Positions 37,664 through 48,296 of a stretch of DNA of 64,000 bases are shown piece by piece (position 1 is the first letter of the stretch; each line of letters begins with the position of its first letter). The position numbers were made by a program, and so were the translations under genes. Origin of the DNA: Iphione sp. A-MEVVRFRX5 (lineage: Eukaryota); NCBI GenBank assembly GCA_976226885.1, contig OZ320322.1, positions 63,984,001 to 64,048,000 of the forward strand. The letters are read 5' to 3'. A model generated the notes under the pieces. The model made no database searches. It was not told the DNA's origin and saw nothing but the letters and a program-made list of their open reading frames with translations.

Positions 37664-38060
37664 GGCGTTCCCTCGTAGTGCTAGGAGATCCTTTCCCCAG
37701 ACTACTGTGGAGAGATGGCCTTGCTACAGACATGGAACATTTACAGCAACATGTCTGACAGGCTACACCAGCAGCATTAATCCAGATAAAGGTTGCGCTG
37801 GATTAAAAAAGGTCATACAAACTGTGCACGAGTCAACTTTGCCATTTACTCTCTAAGGTTCAGAACAAGTTCCTAAACAGATTATTAGTGCTAGATAAAT
37901 ACACCATGACTGCTGCCATTTACATTTGAGTCCTCTTACTGTATAACGACAAAGAGCATTACATATATATTGGACTGTTGCCTACAGCCAATCCCACCAA
38001 GACAAGAATGGGACAAACGATGCAATGTGTGCTGCCTAGGGCAAAATCAGGGAAATATGC

Positions 38061-38738
38061 CCAGTAGGTGTTGACATTTGGACTAAAGTGTTGATGTTTG
38101 GACCTGTTGACATTTGCGCCAGTTGACGTTTGGACCAAGACCCTCGGCGAGTGTAGGTCCAAATGTCAACTAGTCCAAACGTCAACTGGTCTAAACATCA
38201 ACTATTTGGTCCAAACGTCAATGGTTACTGGTCTAAACGTCAACTGGGTAGTGCTGAGTTCCTTTGCAACAGCCAGGGCAGGGAGTGCTGAGGAGATGTC
38301 CCCCTAGAAGTCAAATGGCAAAAGGTAATCATGTTAGCTAGGTATATCCTCAGGCATGGCGCAACCGTAGCACTGACCGTATAGGATCAATATAATGCAT
38401 AAATGCAATACTCGCCGTCCGGATGGGAATGCGTTGACACACTACCACATACTACCCGCCCGGACCACGGGAATGCATCATTGCACTACGCACCGTCAAA
38501 GGGTTAATGCAGAGTGATGACACCTATGCATTGTTGTTGAAATTTGATATTAATATGCTTTTGCTCTGACTCCTGACTATCTCTGGATTCACAATCAAAG
38601 AAGCAACTCAACTTAGAGAATTGCCAGGCTTTAGAATTTTTAATGGCTAATGAATGATGTTGGGTGAGAGGAGCCCAGACATCGTATTTCAGGTTTAAAT
38701 CACTGACAATCACTGACAATAAACATTAATTACAGACA
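38061..38738. mobile_element. Inverted, circularly permuted copy of the 28.6-29.4 kb element
   Basis: 38061-38148 is the reverse complement of about 28584-28672; 38149-38738 is the reverse complement of 28811-29400; the two arms are joined directly. Confidence 0.85.
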
Positions 38739-39998
38739 TTACAGCCATTGACACTCAACCTGGCCTGTATTGCAACCATTACCACTCCCTCTCCAGTCAC
38801 ATAGCATAATTACAAATCAGAAAATACCACTTTACATTTACACATCACATATGTGCCAACAGTAACTCATCCCCCTGAAGTCCTGTACTAAAATTACATA
38901 AACTGGTACACTCTCTCCATCTCCACTCACACTTGGCTTGTATTACACAGTATCTGCATGTCATTAAAATCAAAAAACATTGTCACTCCATTGTACGTGT
39001 TGCTGAACCTATTTTACCAATGTGTGTATATCAACAGGGGACACGGTTCGACAAAAAGTTTAAATGCAGAAAACGCAGCACATATCCATATAGTAGTCCA
39101 TTTCAGGGGGAAAGCCAATTTGTATAATAGAAGTCAGTATGGCCCAACAGTTCACTTGGGGAGAGCCTGTGTGTGTAGGCTGGTCATGCTCACAAAATGG
39201 GTGTAGGTGCTCCTAAGACTGATACTGTCGGGACAGACACCTTGTATTACTCGCTAGGTACCACATTGGAAACTTGTGCCACCTCCCACTGGAGCACAGC
39301 ACTAGCCACTGCCACTTAGTGAGTGGCGCTGAAGTCACTAATATGTTCATCAACTCCCCAGTGAATGGCACCACATGATAACTGCCTAAGTGATTGGGAC
39401 TTGTTTGTATATTCCTTCCTGCAGCCCAGCAGCCATTTATAAGATGTCACAGGTGATACGTAAGCATTCACGATGGATTTACTTGCTGATGATGCAACCC
39501 TTGAAATGATACATAATCCTTTTTAATGAACAAAACTCATTCCACAACATTCAATATGCAATAAAATGTCCATCTAAAGAATATATACTGCACAATCAGG
39601 AAGGGCGGATGAATCAAACATTTAATAGTGGTGACTAAGGGCTAATCCCCAAAAAAAATTCAATCATGTTTAAGCAAATGTTTTTAAATTGTATGTGAAT
39701 GCACAGAATTGTCATACAAATATCCATTCAATTTCAAATTGTATTAAACTCTTCAGAATTTTATGTGAACCTCAAGAAATGAAAACCACTTACAACAATC
39801 ATACTTTTCAAAATATCTGTCAGCTTTGCTGAGTGGGAATGAGAGGTGATGAAATGGCAATGAGTATGGTGACAATGTTGCTAGACCTGATCAGAGAGAC
39901 ATACTAGAAGGTGAGTTTAGACTTTTATTGTTGAATAAAGATGAACACACCAACAAAGCACAAGAGTGGAGTTTAATGTAGGCTTTATTCATAATAAT

Positions 39999-40035
39999 CC
40001 CGACGTTTCGGCGCGTTGTTGGCCTTCTTCAGGGG
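39999..40035 (-). ncRNA. Minimal type I hammerhead ribozyme-like motif (Penelope LTR type)
   Basis: CCC-CUGAAGA-A-GGC-caacaacgc-GCC-GAAAC-GUC-GGG: core boxes, 3-bp stems I and II, palindromic ACGU stem III; AAUAAA about 10 nt downstream. Confidence 0.65.
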
Positions 40036-40422
40036 TAAATAGGATGACTATCTGTTTACTAAAGTACTCTTTTGGGCTGGCTGGGGCCCTCTGTTACTAT
40101 AAATAGAATTACCTAGGTTTGCTTTAGTTTAAAGTGGTTTCAAGGTTACATATACATGAAATAACAAGCCATCTCTGGTTTAAACGGGATAAGTGAATAT
40201 GTCTTTAAAAAATCGATCCATCGCTGGAAATACATAATTTCTAACGTCCTAAGAGTGTAAAGTCCTTGGTTAATATATATCACAGGAGCCAGAATCATGT
40301 AATTAATTTTAAAAAGTTCAATCACAGTTGGCGATCACGGTTGAGTATCACAGTTAAAATGAATCAATGGTGTATGGCAGTGGCTGATAGCTGCACTAGG
40401 ATATATACACACATAGAATAGA

Positions 40423-41647
40423 TTACTTTTTAGGCTTCATGAGGCCTAACCTAATCATCTCGTGCTTCATGACACGCCCGACATCCTGGTTCAATTTCTG
40501 AATAATAAGCCAGTGGTCGTATAGAATTTCAGCAGTTGGGATCATCCCAGAGATCGCAGGTATGTTTGCACGCACGTCAGTCCTGTGTTCCTGTCGATTA
40601 ACAGGGGTCGGCACGTACTCAGGCACCGAATGGTCCGGTCTCGTGGACCGGTTTGTAGGGACGTATTCCGCGACACGGTCAGTCTTTAGTTGCACGATGC
40701 GTTTACTATCCCCTGCGCCCCCATTCATGCAATATGTGGGGCGATGTGATGGTTGTGGTCGCTGGACTTGTGTTGTCTGGGAGGGTCGTTGGTTCATCAA
40801 AACACCAGGTTTTGTCACCCCCTGCCTATCCACGGGTGGCATGGGGCGACAGTTCTGGGTGTTCAGTCTTTTTGATATGCCACCCTTCGAGTTGAGTGGC
40901 AGGAGTGGGCGCGATGTTTGGTCCTTAACGTTTTTGAAACGAGCTGCACTAGTGCCTTCGTCATTGTCACTGGATGAATCAGAACTGACAGTTAAGTCCT
41001 CCTTCAGTTGTTTGTCAGTTTCAACCTCGCTGTCGGATGAATCAGAGATGATGATGCGTCGTCTCTTGGTCTTGTTAGCTGTCGTCAGCTGTTCGTCAGC
41101 CTGCGTGGTGGGTGCTCGGGGGTCCGAGGATGTGGTTAGTTGTGTGTCGGCCGGCTGGTCTGTTTTGTTGGCAGTCACTGAGTGTTCCTCGTCGGAACTA
41201 CGCTTCCTTTTCTTGAGTATCTGCACTAACGGGTGCAGATCCCTCTGCGTACGACGGGCCGTCGTGTCGATGAGTGGAAGTACAGGGTCTTGCATGGGTG
41301 CTGGTACTTGTGTTCTTGCCTCTGGTCTTGACTTCGATGGTGGGGTTGTCCTTTTGTTGGCCGCGGCGTTTGAGACGGCGACCGGCGTCCCTGTAATCAA
41401 GCGCCGAGCTTATAATACGGAATTTAACATTCTCTGGGGTTATCGTTGGATTGCGCCAGGGCTTCTTACATTTTGGTCGAGGCTTAGCTTTTACCATATG
41501 TTGAATGTTTTTAGTTACAGTGAATTCGAAACCATGTGAGTTTCTTTGGTGGCGTCGTAAATTGCGTTTGTTAACATAAGAGCGGTTACAAGAGCACACA
41601 TATTTACCGATGTACTTGCTGAGTTGGTCATCCGGATGGTTCGGGTG
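40423..41647 (-). pseudogene. Truncated, frame-split ORF: CxC-x12-H-x4-H zinc finger followed by a long Pro/Thr/Ser/acidic low-complexity region with basic NLS-like patches
   Basis: Frame A is open from the insertion edge 41647 (YVCSCNRSYVNKRNLRRHQRNSH) to 41198; frame B is open from about 41409 to 40423 (LKKRKRSS, KTKRRRII, ...MIRLGLMKPKK*). Confidence 0.55.
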
Positions 41648-42679
41648 TTAGACTTTTATTGCCAAAAACTAAATATAAAAATACACAAAACTCTATATGT
41701 GTTCTAGATTTTTATATTGGACCTTCTCCCTCTAGCTCGAAGCAATGTACATCACCCGAGCACAGATAGGAGCCAGCAAAGGCCATGCTCAAGCCCATCA
41801 ATTAAATGAGTATGGATGCTGCCCACAATGTCATATTGTTTGGTTCAATTTGGGAAGAGTTAATTGTCAAAGGGATATGCACACAATGGATTTGCTGCAT
41901 CACACAGCTCATGTAGAGGTCACAGTGGCTGCACAGTCTGAATGTGCTTCACATACACACAAACACACACAAATACTGTATCATTTTTTCTCTGTTTGTT
42001 ACACCTACTCCAACTTACACACACTAGTATACACCAAAATGTGCACATAGTTTTGCATGTATGTGAAAATATCATACTTGCATGTTTGCTCCAAGAAATG
42101 TAAACATGTTATGATGCAAGCATGAAGCTGCACTCTCTGGAGTTATGAGGAACACCGCCTTCTGAATGGAAGAAATACATGCCGTTGATTTATATATGTA
42201 CAACTGGTTGTTATATGTACATGTATACAAGACAATCAGAACAATTTTCAAAAAATACAATTACAATCAATAAACCAAAAAGACCAACTAACAAATTATG
42301 TTTGCAATAAACTCATAAATCCCATTAGAATGAAAAGTGATTCATGTTCTGAAACTACTCACTTAAATATAAATCCGTGATTTCATCGTATTTATTTCCG
42401 AAGAACACCTTTACATCACTGATTCACCTATGGGTGAGGTGTTCAATGCAAGTAAAGCAGCCCATGATACTGTTGTAGTTTTGTGCGAGTGGAGGAAGAA
42501 CTCTACAACACTGAATCACCTATGGTTCAGATGATCGATATGAGTACAGCAATCCTCGATTCCATTCTTTTTTTATTAGAGTAGATGGATAACTGTACAG
42601 TGCTGAATAAACAATGGTTCAGATGATCAACACATGGGAAGCAGCTCTACAAATTAACAACTAATTTCCAATGCACAAT

Positions 42680-42912
42680 TTCCAATGATACGCTTCAACC
42701 TCTATGAAAAACTGCACAATTTCCACTGATATGCTTCAACCTCCATGAAAAACTGCACAATTTCCACCTATATGTTTCAACCTCAATGGAAACCCACACC
42801 ATTTCCATAGATATTCCTCAACCTCCATGAAAAACTGCACAATTTCCACTGATATGCTTCAACCTCCATGAATAACTGCTCAATTTCCGATGACATGCCT
42901 CAACCTCCATAG
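42680..42912. repeat. About 41-bp minisatellite (aactgcacaatttccactgatatgcttcaacctccatgaa)
   Basis: About 5-6 copies. Confidence 0.85.
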
Positions 42913-44229
42913 CCTACATACATTTCTACTCTTTCTCACTCTTTCTCCTTCTCTCTCTTATTAATCCATGACACTAATATTAAAACAATTCTGTACATGA
43001 AAATAGAAAGAAAGAATTTATTCTTGAAATTTTGAAAAAGGGCGGGGGGGTATTTCAAGGGCCAAAAATCCATGTTTTCACACAAATAGAGGGGTTAAAT
43101 TGCCCTCAAAATTCTTTAATAGGGGGGTCTAAATTTTTTTTTAATGATCGGGTGCATCCACTTTTTCTGTGAGTGAGGGGATCGGGAGACACATTGATAA
43201 GTCAGAATGGCCCCAACGGTTGTACATGGCCATATACATGTAACTGGTAGGAAAAATCCATCAAAGTCATTTAAATCATCCTGCTAAAGTGTCTTTCTTT
43301 ATGTCCAATCATAGCGGAGGGGTATAGCATTATCTCTATAAGTTTACAAGTGTATATTTTCAATATGTAATTTGATATGACATGAAATCTATCTGGGAAG
43401 GTAGCCTATCAGTCATGCTTTGTTTTGAGGAATTTTTAGTTTTTAGGATGAGGGCAAAACGTCTTGAGGGTGAATTGGTTTAAGGTCGAACCGGCGAGGA
43501 CAAAGTGGTTAGAGTGTTTCAGAAGATTCCATAATACAGCGGGGTAGGGGAGAAAAGGCGTTCTTCCCCCTTGGTTCGCAGTAGTTAGCATGTGTATTTC
43601 TACTGCTTGTTTAATTACTAATATTTAAGACAGAGAAAATGTATTAGCACACATGTTCTTGAACACTTTAAATGAAATAAAAAGTGTGCAAAGTTTTCCT
43701 TTTATTAGAGAGATGGCTTTGAAAAGAGCCTACTTTTAGAGGGTGGACTATTTTACCCTTCTAAACCTGCTTGAAACTACTGAAATTCTTCCTGGATGAT
43801 AAAATCCTTTTAATGACATAGAAAAACGTATCAATAATCACGCCTGATTACTGTTTTGTTAACATTGGTCCGATTTTGATGGGGAATAAAGCACTCAAAA
43901 GCTAATAAAGTGACGAAGAGGATGAACACCCCTTCTTTGATTAATTTAAAAATTCAAGGCTGACGAAAAATAAAAAAACCGAGCGAAACGTCCAGTGCGA
44001 AGAGTCTAGTTGACGAAACATCGGGTAATCATTACGCTCGCGTAATTTTTGCCGCGACGGACATTTAAAATACGGATATTGCGGCAACCATGGCACAAAC
44101 AGACTAGTTCTTTACGTCACTGTAATCCTCACAATCTTGGCTTTCATTTGGCGGTTGTTGCATCAAAATCCGATCATTATTAGTGCCCAGAGCCAACATT
44201 CTAGAAGAGTCAACATCTTGGTCCATATG

Positions 44230-47144
44230 GGTTCTATGCCATGTCCAGCCTATAGGTGGCATTAGTGAGGTAGAGGGACTCCCAGAAGTTGGTTTTAGTT
44301 GTTTTAATCATTTATATTGTGAAGTATCTTCAACATTTATATATAATATCACAATACCATGTCTGATTCATTGCCTGGAAAGGTTTTTATCTAGAATTTC
44401 TGTGTTGCATGACTGTTGTGCTTTACAATTAGATGTTGACTAAGAAAACACCTTTTTTGTGTAAACATTACTCATGTAAGCTATATAAGTGCATCTGCAT
44501 GTTTAGTTTAGTGGATTCAGGACTGGGCTGGTAAAAGTCTGGCTGCCTTCAGTGTTCTGGCTATAGTGGCTCTTTCGCCCAGAGCTTGCGCTGACCCACG
44601 CTCACCCACAGGGGACGCGTGCGGGCGACCGGTGATTGTGTGTATGGCCATAGAGCATTCCACCACAGTTACCGTGTTGGTTATCTCGTATGTCTGTCCA
44701 CGCCAGGGCTTTGAGCGTTAGGGTGTGCAGAAAACAGAGCGGTGTCTCCTGCCAGGCCGACGTGTGTATGGTCAGGGAGCGGTTCGCCACTGTCACCTGT
44801 CCCAGGATGATTGGATCCAAAGGTTCTATATGCCGTCAGGCATTTGGCCCGTTGTTGTCCCGGCAATTCCGTTGCCACAAACGAAGGTTTCCTTGGAAAC
44901 CACGTTGGCCCGCTGTTGTCCTAGCAATTCCGTTGCCACAAACCAAGGTTTCCTTGGAAACCACACTGGCCCGTTGTTGTCCTCTCCTTTGTCAAATTCC
45001 CTGACAGAGAGAGTTGTCTCCTTCCTTCATTCCCGCCCCACGCTCAGAATGCATGCGCGACAGTGAGGAGGGGGACCCCCCACTCTCCCCCCAACCCTGC
45101 ATGCGCGACAGTGAGGAGGGGGACCCCCCTCACTGAGGAGGGGGACCCCCCACTCTCCCCCCCACCACCTTGCATGCGCAACAGTGAGGAGGGGGACCCC
45201 CCTCACTGAGGAGGGGGACCGGACCCCCCACTCTCCCCTCCACTCTGCATGCACGACAGTGAGGAGGGGGACCTCCCCCCGCCAAGGAGGGGGACCTCCC
45301 CCCACCTTCCCCTCCCCCCACCTTCCCCTCCCCCCCGCCCTGCATGCGCAACAGTGAGGAGGGGGACCCTCCCTCACTGAGGAGGGGGACCCCCCACTCT
45401 CCCCCCCACCCTGCATGCGCGACAGTGAGGAGGGGGACCCCCCTCCTCACCCCCCACTCTCCCCCCCACCACCTTGCATGCGCGACAGTGAGGAGGGGGA
45501 CCCCCCTCACTGAGGAGGGGGACCCCCCACTTTCCCCCCACTCTGCATGCACGACAGTGAGGAGGGCGACCTCCCCCCACCTTCCCCTCCCCCCCCACCC
45601 TGCATGCGCGACAGTGAGGAGGGGGACCCCCCTCACTGAGGAAGCCGACCCCCCACTCTCCCCCCCACCGCCTTGCATGCGCGACACAGAGGAGGGGGGG
45701 TACCCACTCTCCCCTCACTCTGCTCCTCGTTGCCGTTGAAGACCTCCCCTAATGTTGAAGACCTCTAGACCTCCCCTGCAGCTCTGAGATGGCTCAAAAT
45801 GCTATCCAGCTCCTACAGCCAGCTCTGACACGGGGATGTCCCCCAGTGGATGGCACCTCCACATCAAGTCAGGACATGGTCTCAATTCAGGCCTCCTTCA
45901 TGGATGACCTTACTAACACATGAGGAATGTCACCTTCCTAGGGGGAGCATGGACACCAACAACCCCCATGTGGCGACCCTGTAGGAGCTGGTAAAGTGAG
46001 CCTCAGAGGTGGCTCAGGCCAGTGCAGCTGTGGTGGCAGAGGTCGCCAAGTGAACCATGGCCAACAGCTCCGGAGACAGGTCATCCAGAAGATGTAACTG
46101 CTCCAAAGGAAGGAGCCGCCAATGGTCGCTCTGCCTCACAGCACTCCTCCTCCTACAGCACCTTGCCACTTCATACTGGAAGAAATTGAATCCAGGGGTG
46201 ACCCCAATCCCATCGTGGAGCATGCCAAGGACATATGCATCGATGCCACCAGGTCACTGGAGATAAACACCAATGTGAACCTGAGCTGCCACCCCTGGAC
46301 AGACGCCAATGCCATGCAGAACCTCCAAGGGGATGTCAAAGGCTCAGGTGCCCTCCAACCGGCTGACCAGACTGCCCCATGCTCAGGTTCAACTCTAGTG
46401 AATGCTTCAAGGTCCTGGGTACTTGCAAGATGCTCCATCACTGCTCCTTCTGCTGGAAAGGGGCAAATAACAAGGACTGTAACCACTCAGCAGTTGATTG
46501 CAACCGTAAAGCACGCCTCATGAACAAGCACAGCCCACAGTGTCAGAAGCCCAAAAAGAAGGACAAGGAAGCCAAGAAGGACTCTCAAAAAAATGAGTAA
46601 CCCACTGGCGACCAACGCCCCCATCCCATGGTCTCCCCCCAATCCCAGGCCATCTACCCTACGAACAACCCACAAAGCCCCCCACCTCGGAGTGCAGCAC
46701 AAGGGAGGACGCCAGACAGACAAAGGGAGACGACTGCCTCCCCCTCCACAAACACCATGGGCCTCTGCACAGAGGAAGCCCTCCAATGGTTGCCAGCCAA
46801 AACGACCCTACCAACACCACCCGCCAATGGCTCCACAAACACAGGATGCCCTCTTTGCGGGCCAACAAGTCTGCTGATCGGGCAGACCAGACAGTAGTTT
46901 CTCCACAGGACCTGACTACTCTCACAACATGGGGGTCCCCACTGGTTGAGGAAAACCCCCTCCAGGATGAGCAATCCCCACACAACGCCCTGGCAACAGA
47001 GCCCCTGGCACTCACCCCGTGGTATACAGCCTCCCTGGCTCCACATACAGCAGCAACCTGGCCTGCCCCCTCCGAGGAGTGGGGATACTGTGCTGCCATA
47101 TACAACAAGGTCCAGCAAACAGGACACCCAAACCTCCTCTCTGC
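44230..47144 (+). mobile_element. Second copy of the same degenerate element, truncated before the RT core
   Basis: Colinear with 24644-27554, from ggttctatgcc to aacctcctctctgc. Confidence 0.85.
45050..45720. repeat. Same GC-rich minisatellite in copy 2, different unit order
   Basis: Directly visible. Confidence 0.9.
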
Positions 47145-48296
47145 GGTAGCCAGAAGTCTTTCCAGCTCAGTGGTGTCATTGAAAGTCTACTGTCTAAGTA
47201 GCCATTGCTGCATTGATAGCTGAATGGTACAAATCTACCACTGTAAGTCATTCACATCTTCTCTGTCTACTTTCCATCTCTTACAGACAGACCCGTTCTC
47301 ATGCAACCCCCTCATAGCTTCCCCCTCTGATATGTACTATGTAGTGCATAGATATGGACAACCTTCACCAGTGTTACTGAATTGTCTGTCTTCCCCATGC
47401 CATTTTTGTAGCCCCGGCTCTGTGTCTTGGCACCAAATGTGGCATTGTCATTCCTCAGGCTCTGTCCTGGTTCTCTGTGACCACTAGTTGTCAGTGTCTG
47501 GGCTAAAAACATCCTCACCATCCCGCTGGAGGCAATATCATTATATGCACTTCCAGTTTCTCTCCATTAGCTGACTTCACCAAGGTTTCCTCTGTCCAAT
47601 TCCTGTCTCTCACAGACAGACCCTAAAGTGGCCCTCCTCTATGTAATTTCTCCCTCCCCCCCTAAAAAATGGTTGCATAAAGCTCTGCCCACCACATAGC
47701 TGTGGAAACCCCTTGACTTGCTTGTAGGTACTGAATGGTCCCTCTGCAGACCAAGCTCTGCCCCTTGGCAGACTAGCTCAGATGCACTTGTCCTCTGTGA
47801 CACATAACACAATGCTCTTAGCCATCAGCACCTGGACTAAGGAGCACCCTGCCCATTGAGTAGGCACAGTCCTTCATTCTTGAGTGCCTCCAGTTGCACT
47901 TTTCATACAACAATCAGCATCTGGACAGCAAGAAGTGACTAAACCTCATCCAGATAGACTCGATCATTTCCACCCATGACATCTAGCAGTGCATCAGTGC
48001 CACATGACAAAGGGGAGACATGACCAGATGGCATGCCTTGGGATGTGGGCACCCCACTGTCACATGGGGAAACCAGCAGCGCCCACATGATGAGCTGATG
48101 CGGCACTCACCGACTGAGTAAAGTGCCCATCACTAACAATCAGCAGGTGAGCAAGATCTCTTCTGAACCTTTATCTGCCAGTTTCCAGTAAGGGGTTGAA
48201 GAAAGGGGGGCCTAGAGCGATGGGGAACCCCTGGTCAACAAGTACTCTAGCAACTATTGGGGCAATTATGGGTCTAGAGGGTAAAAGGAAGAAATA

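Larger units (their letters stand above)
39931..41647 (-). mobile_element. 1717-bp 5'-truncated insertion with hammerhead motif and zinc-finger ORF, flanked by an exact 14-bp direct repeat
   Basis: ttagacttttattg at 39917-39930 and 41648-41661; interior visibly CpG-rich compared with the flanks. Confidence 0.7.

Noticed and set aside
29042-38507. TTAA-CCCT ... AGGG-TTAA suggesting a 9.5-kb piggyBac
   Set aside because: The inverted homology extends about 230 bp outside both TTAA sites, so these motifs are internal to the inverted duplication.
40562-41539. 325-aa plus-strand ORF antisense to the zinc-finger ORF
   Set aside because: Non-ATG start and composition mirroring the minus-strand frame; best explained as a shadow ORF.
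39820-41820. Possible plus-strand exons either side of the 1.7-kb insertion (gaag|gtgagt at 39911; ctctag| near 41736)
   Set aside because: Stops in all frames of the upstream candidate and no recognisable protein; could be non-coding, but cannot be supported from sequence alone.
43958-43995. Second hammerhead-like string CTGACGA...GAAACGTC
   Set aside because: No stem II and no convincing stem I pairing.
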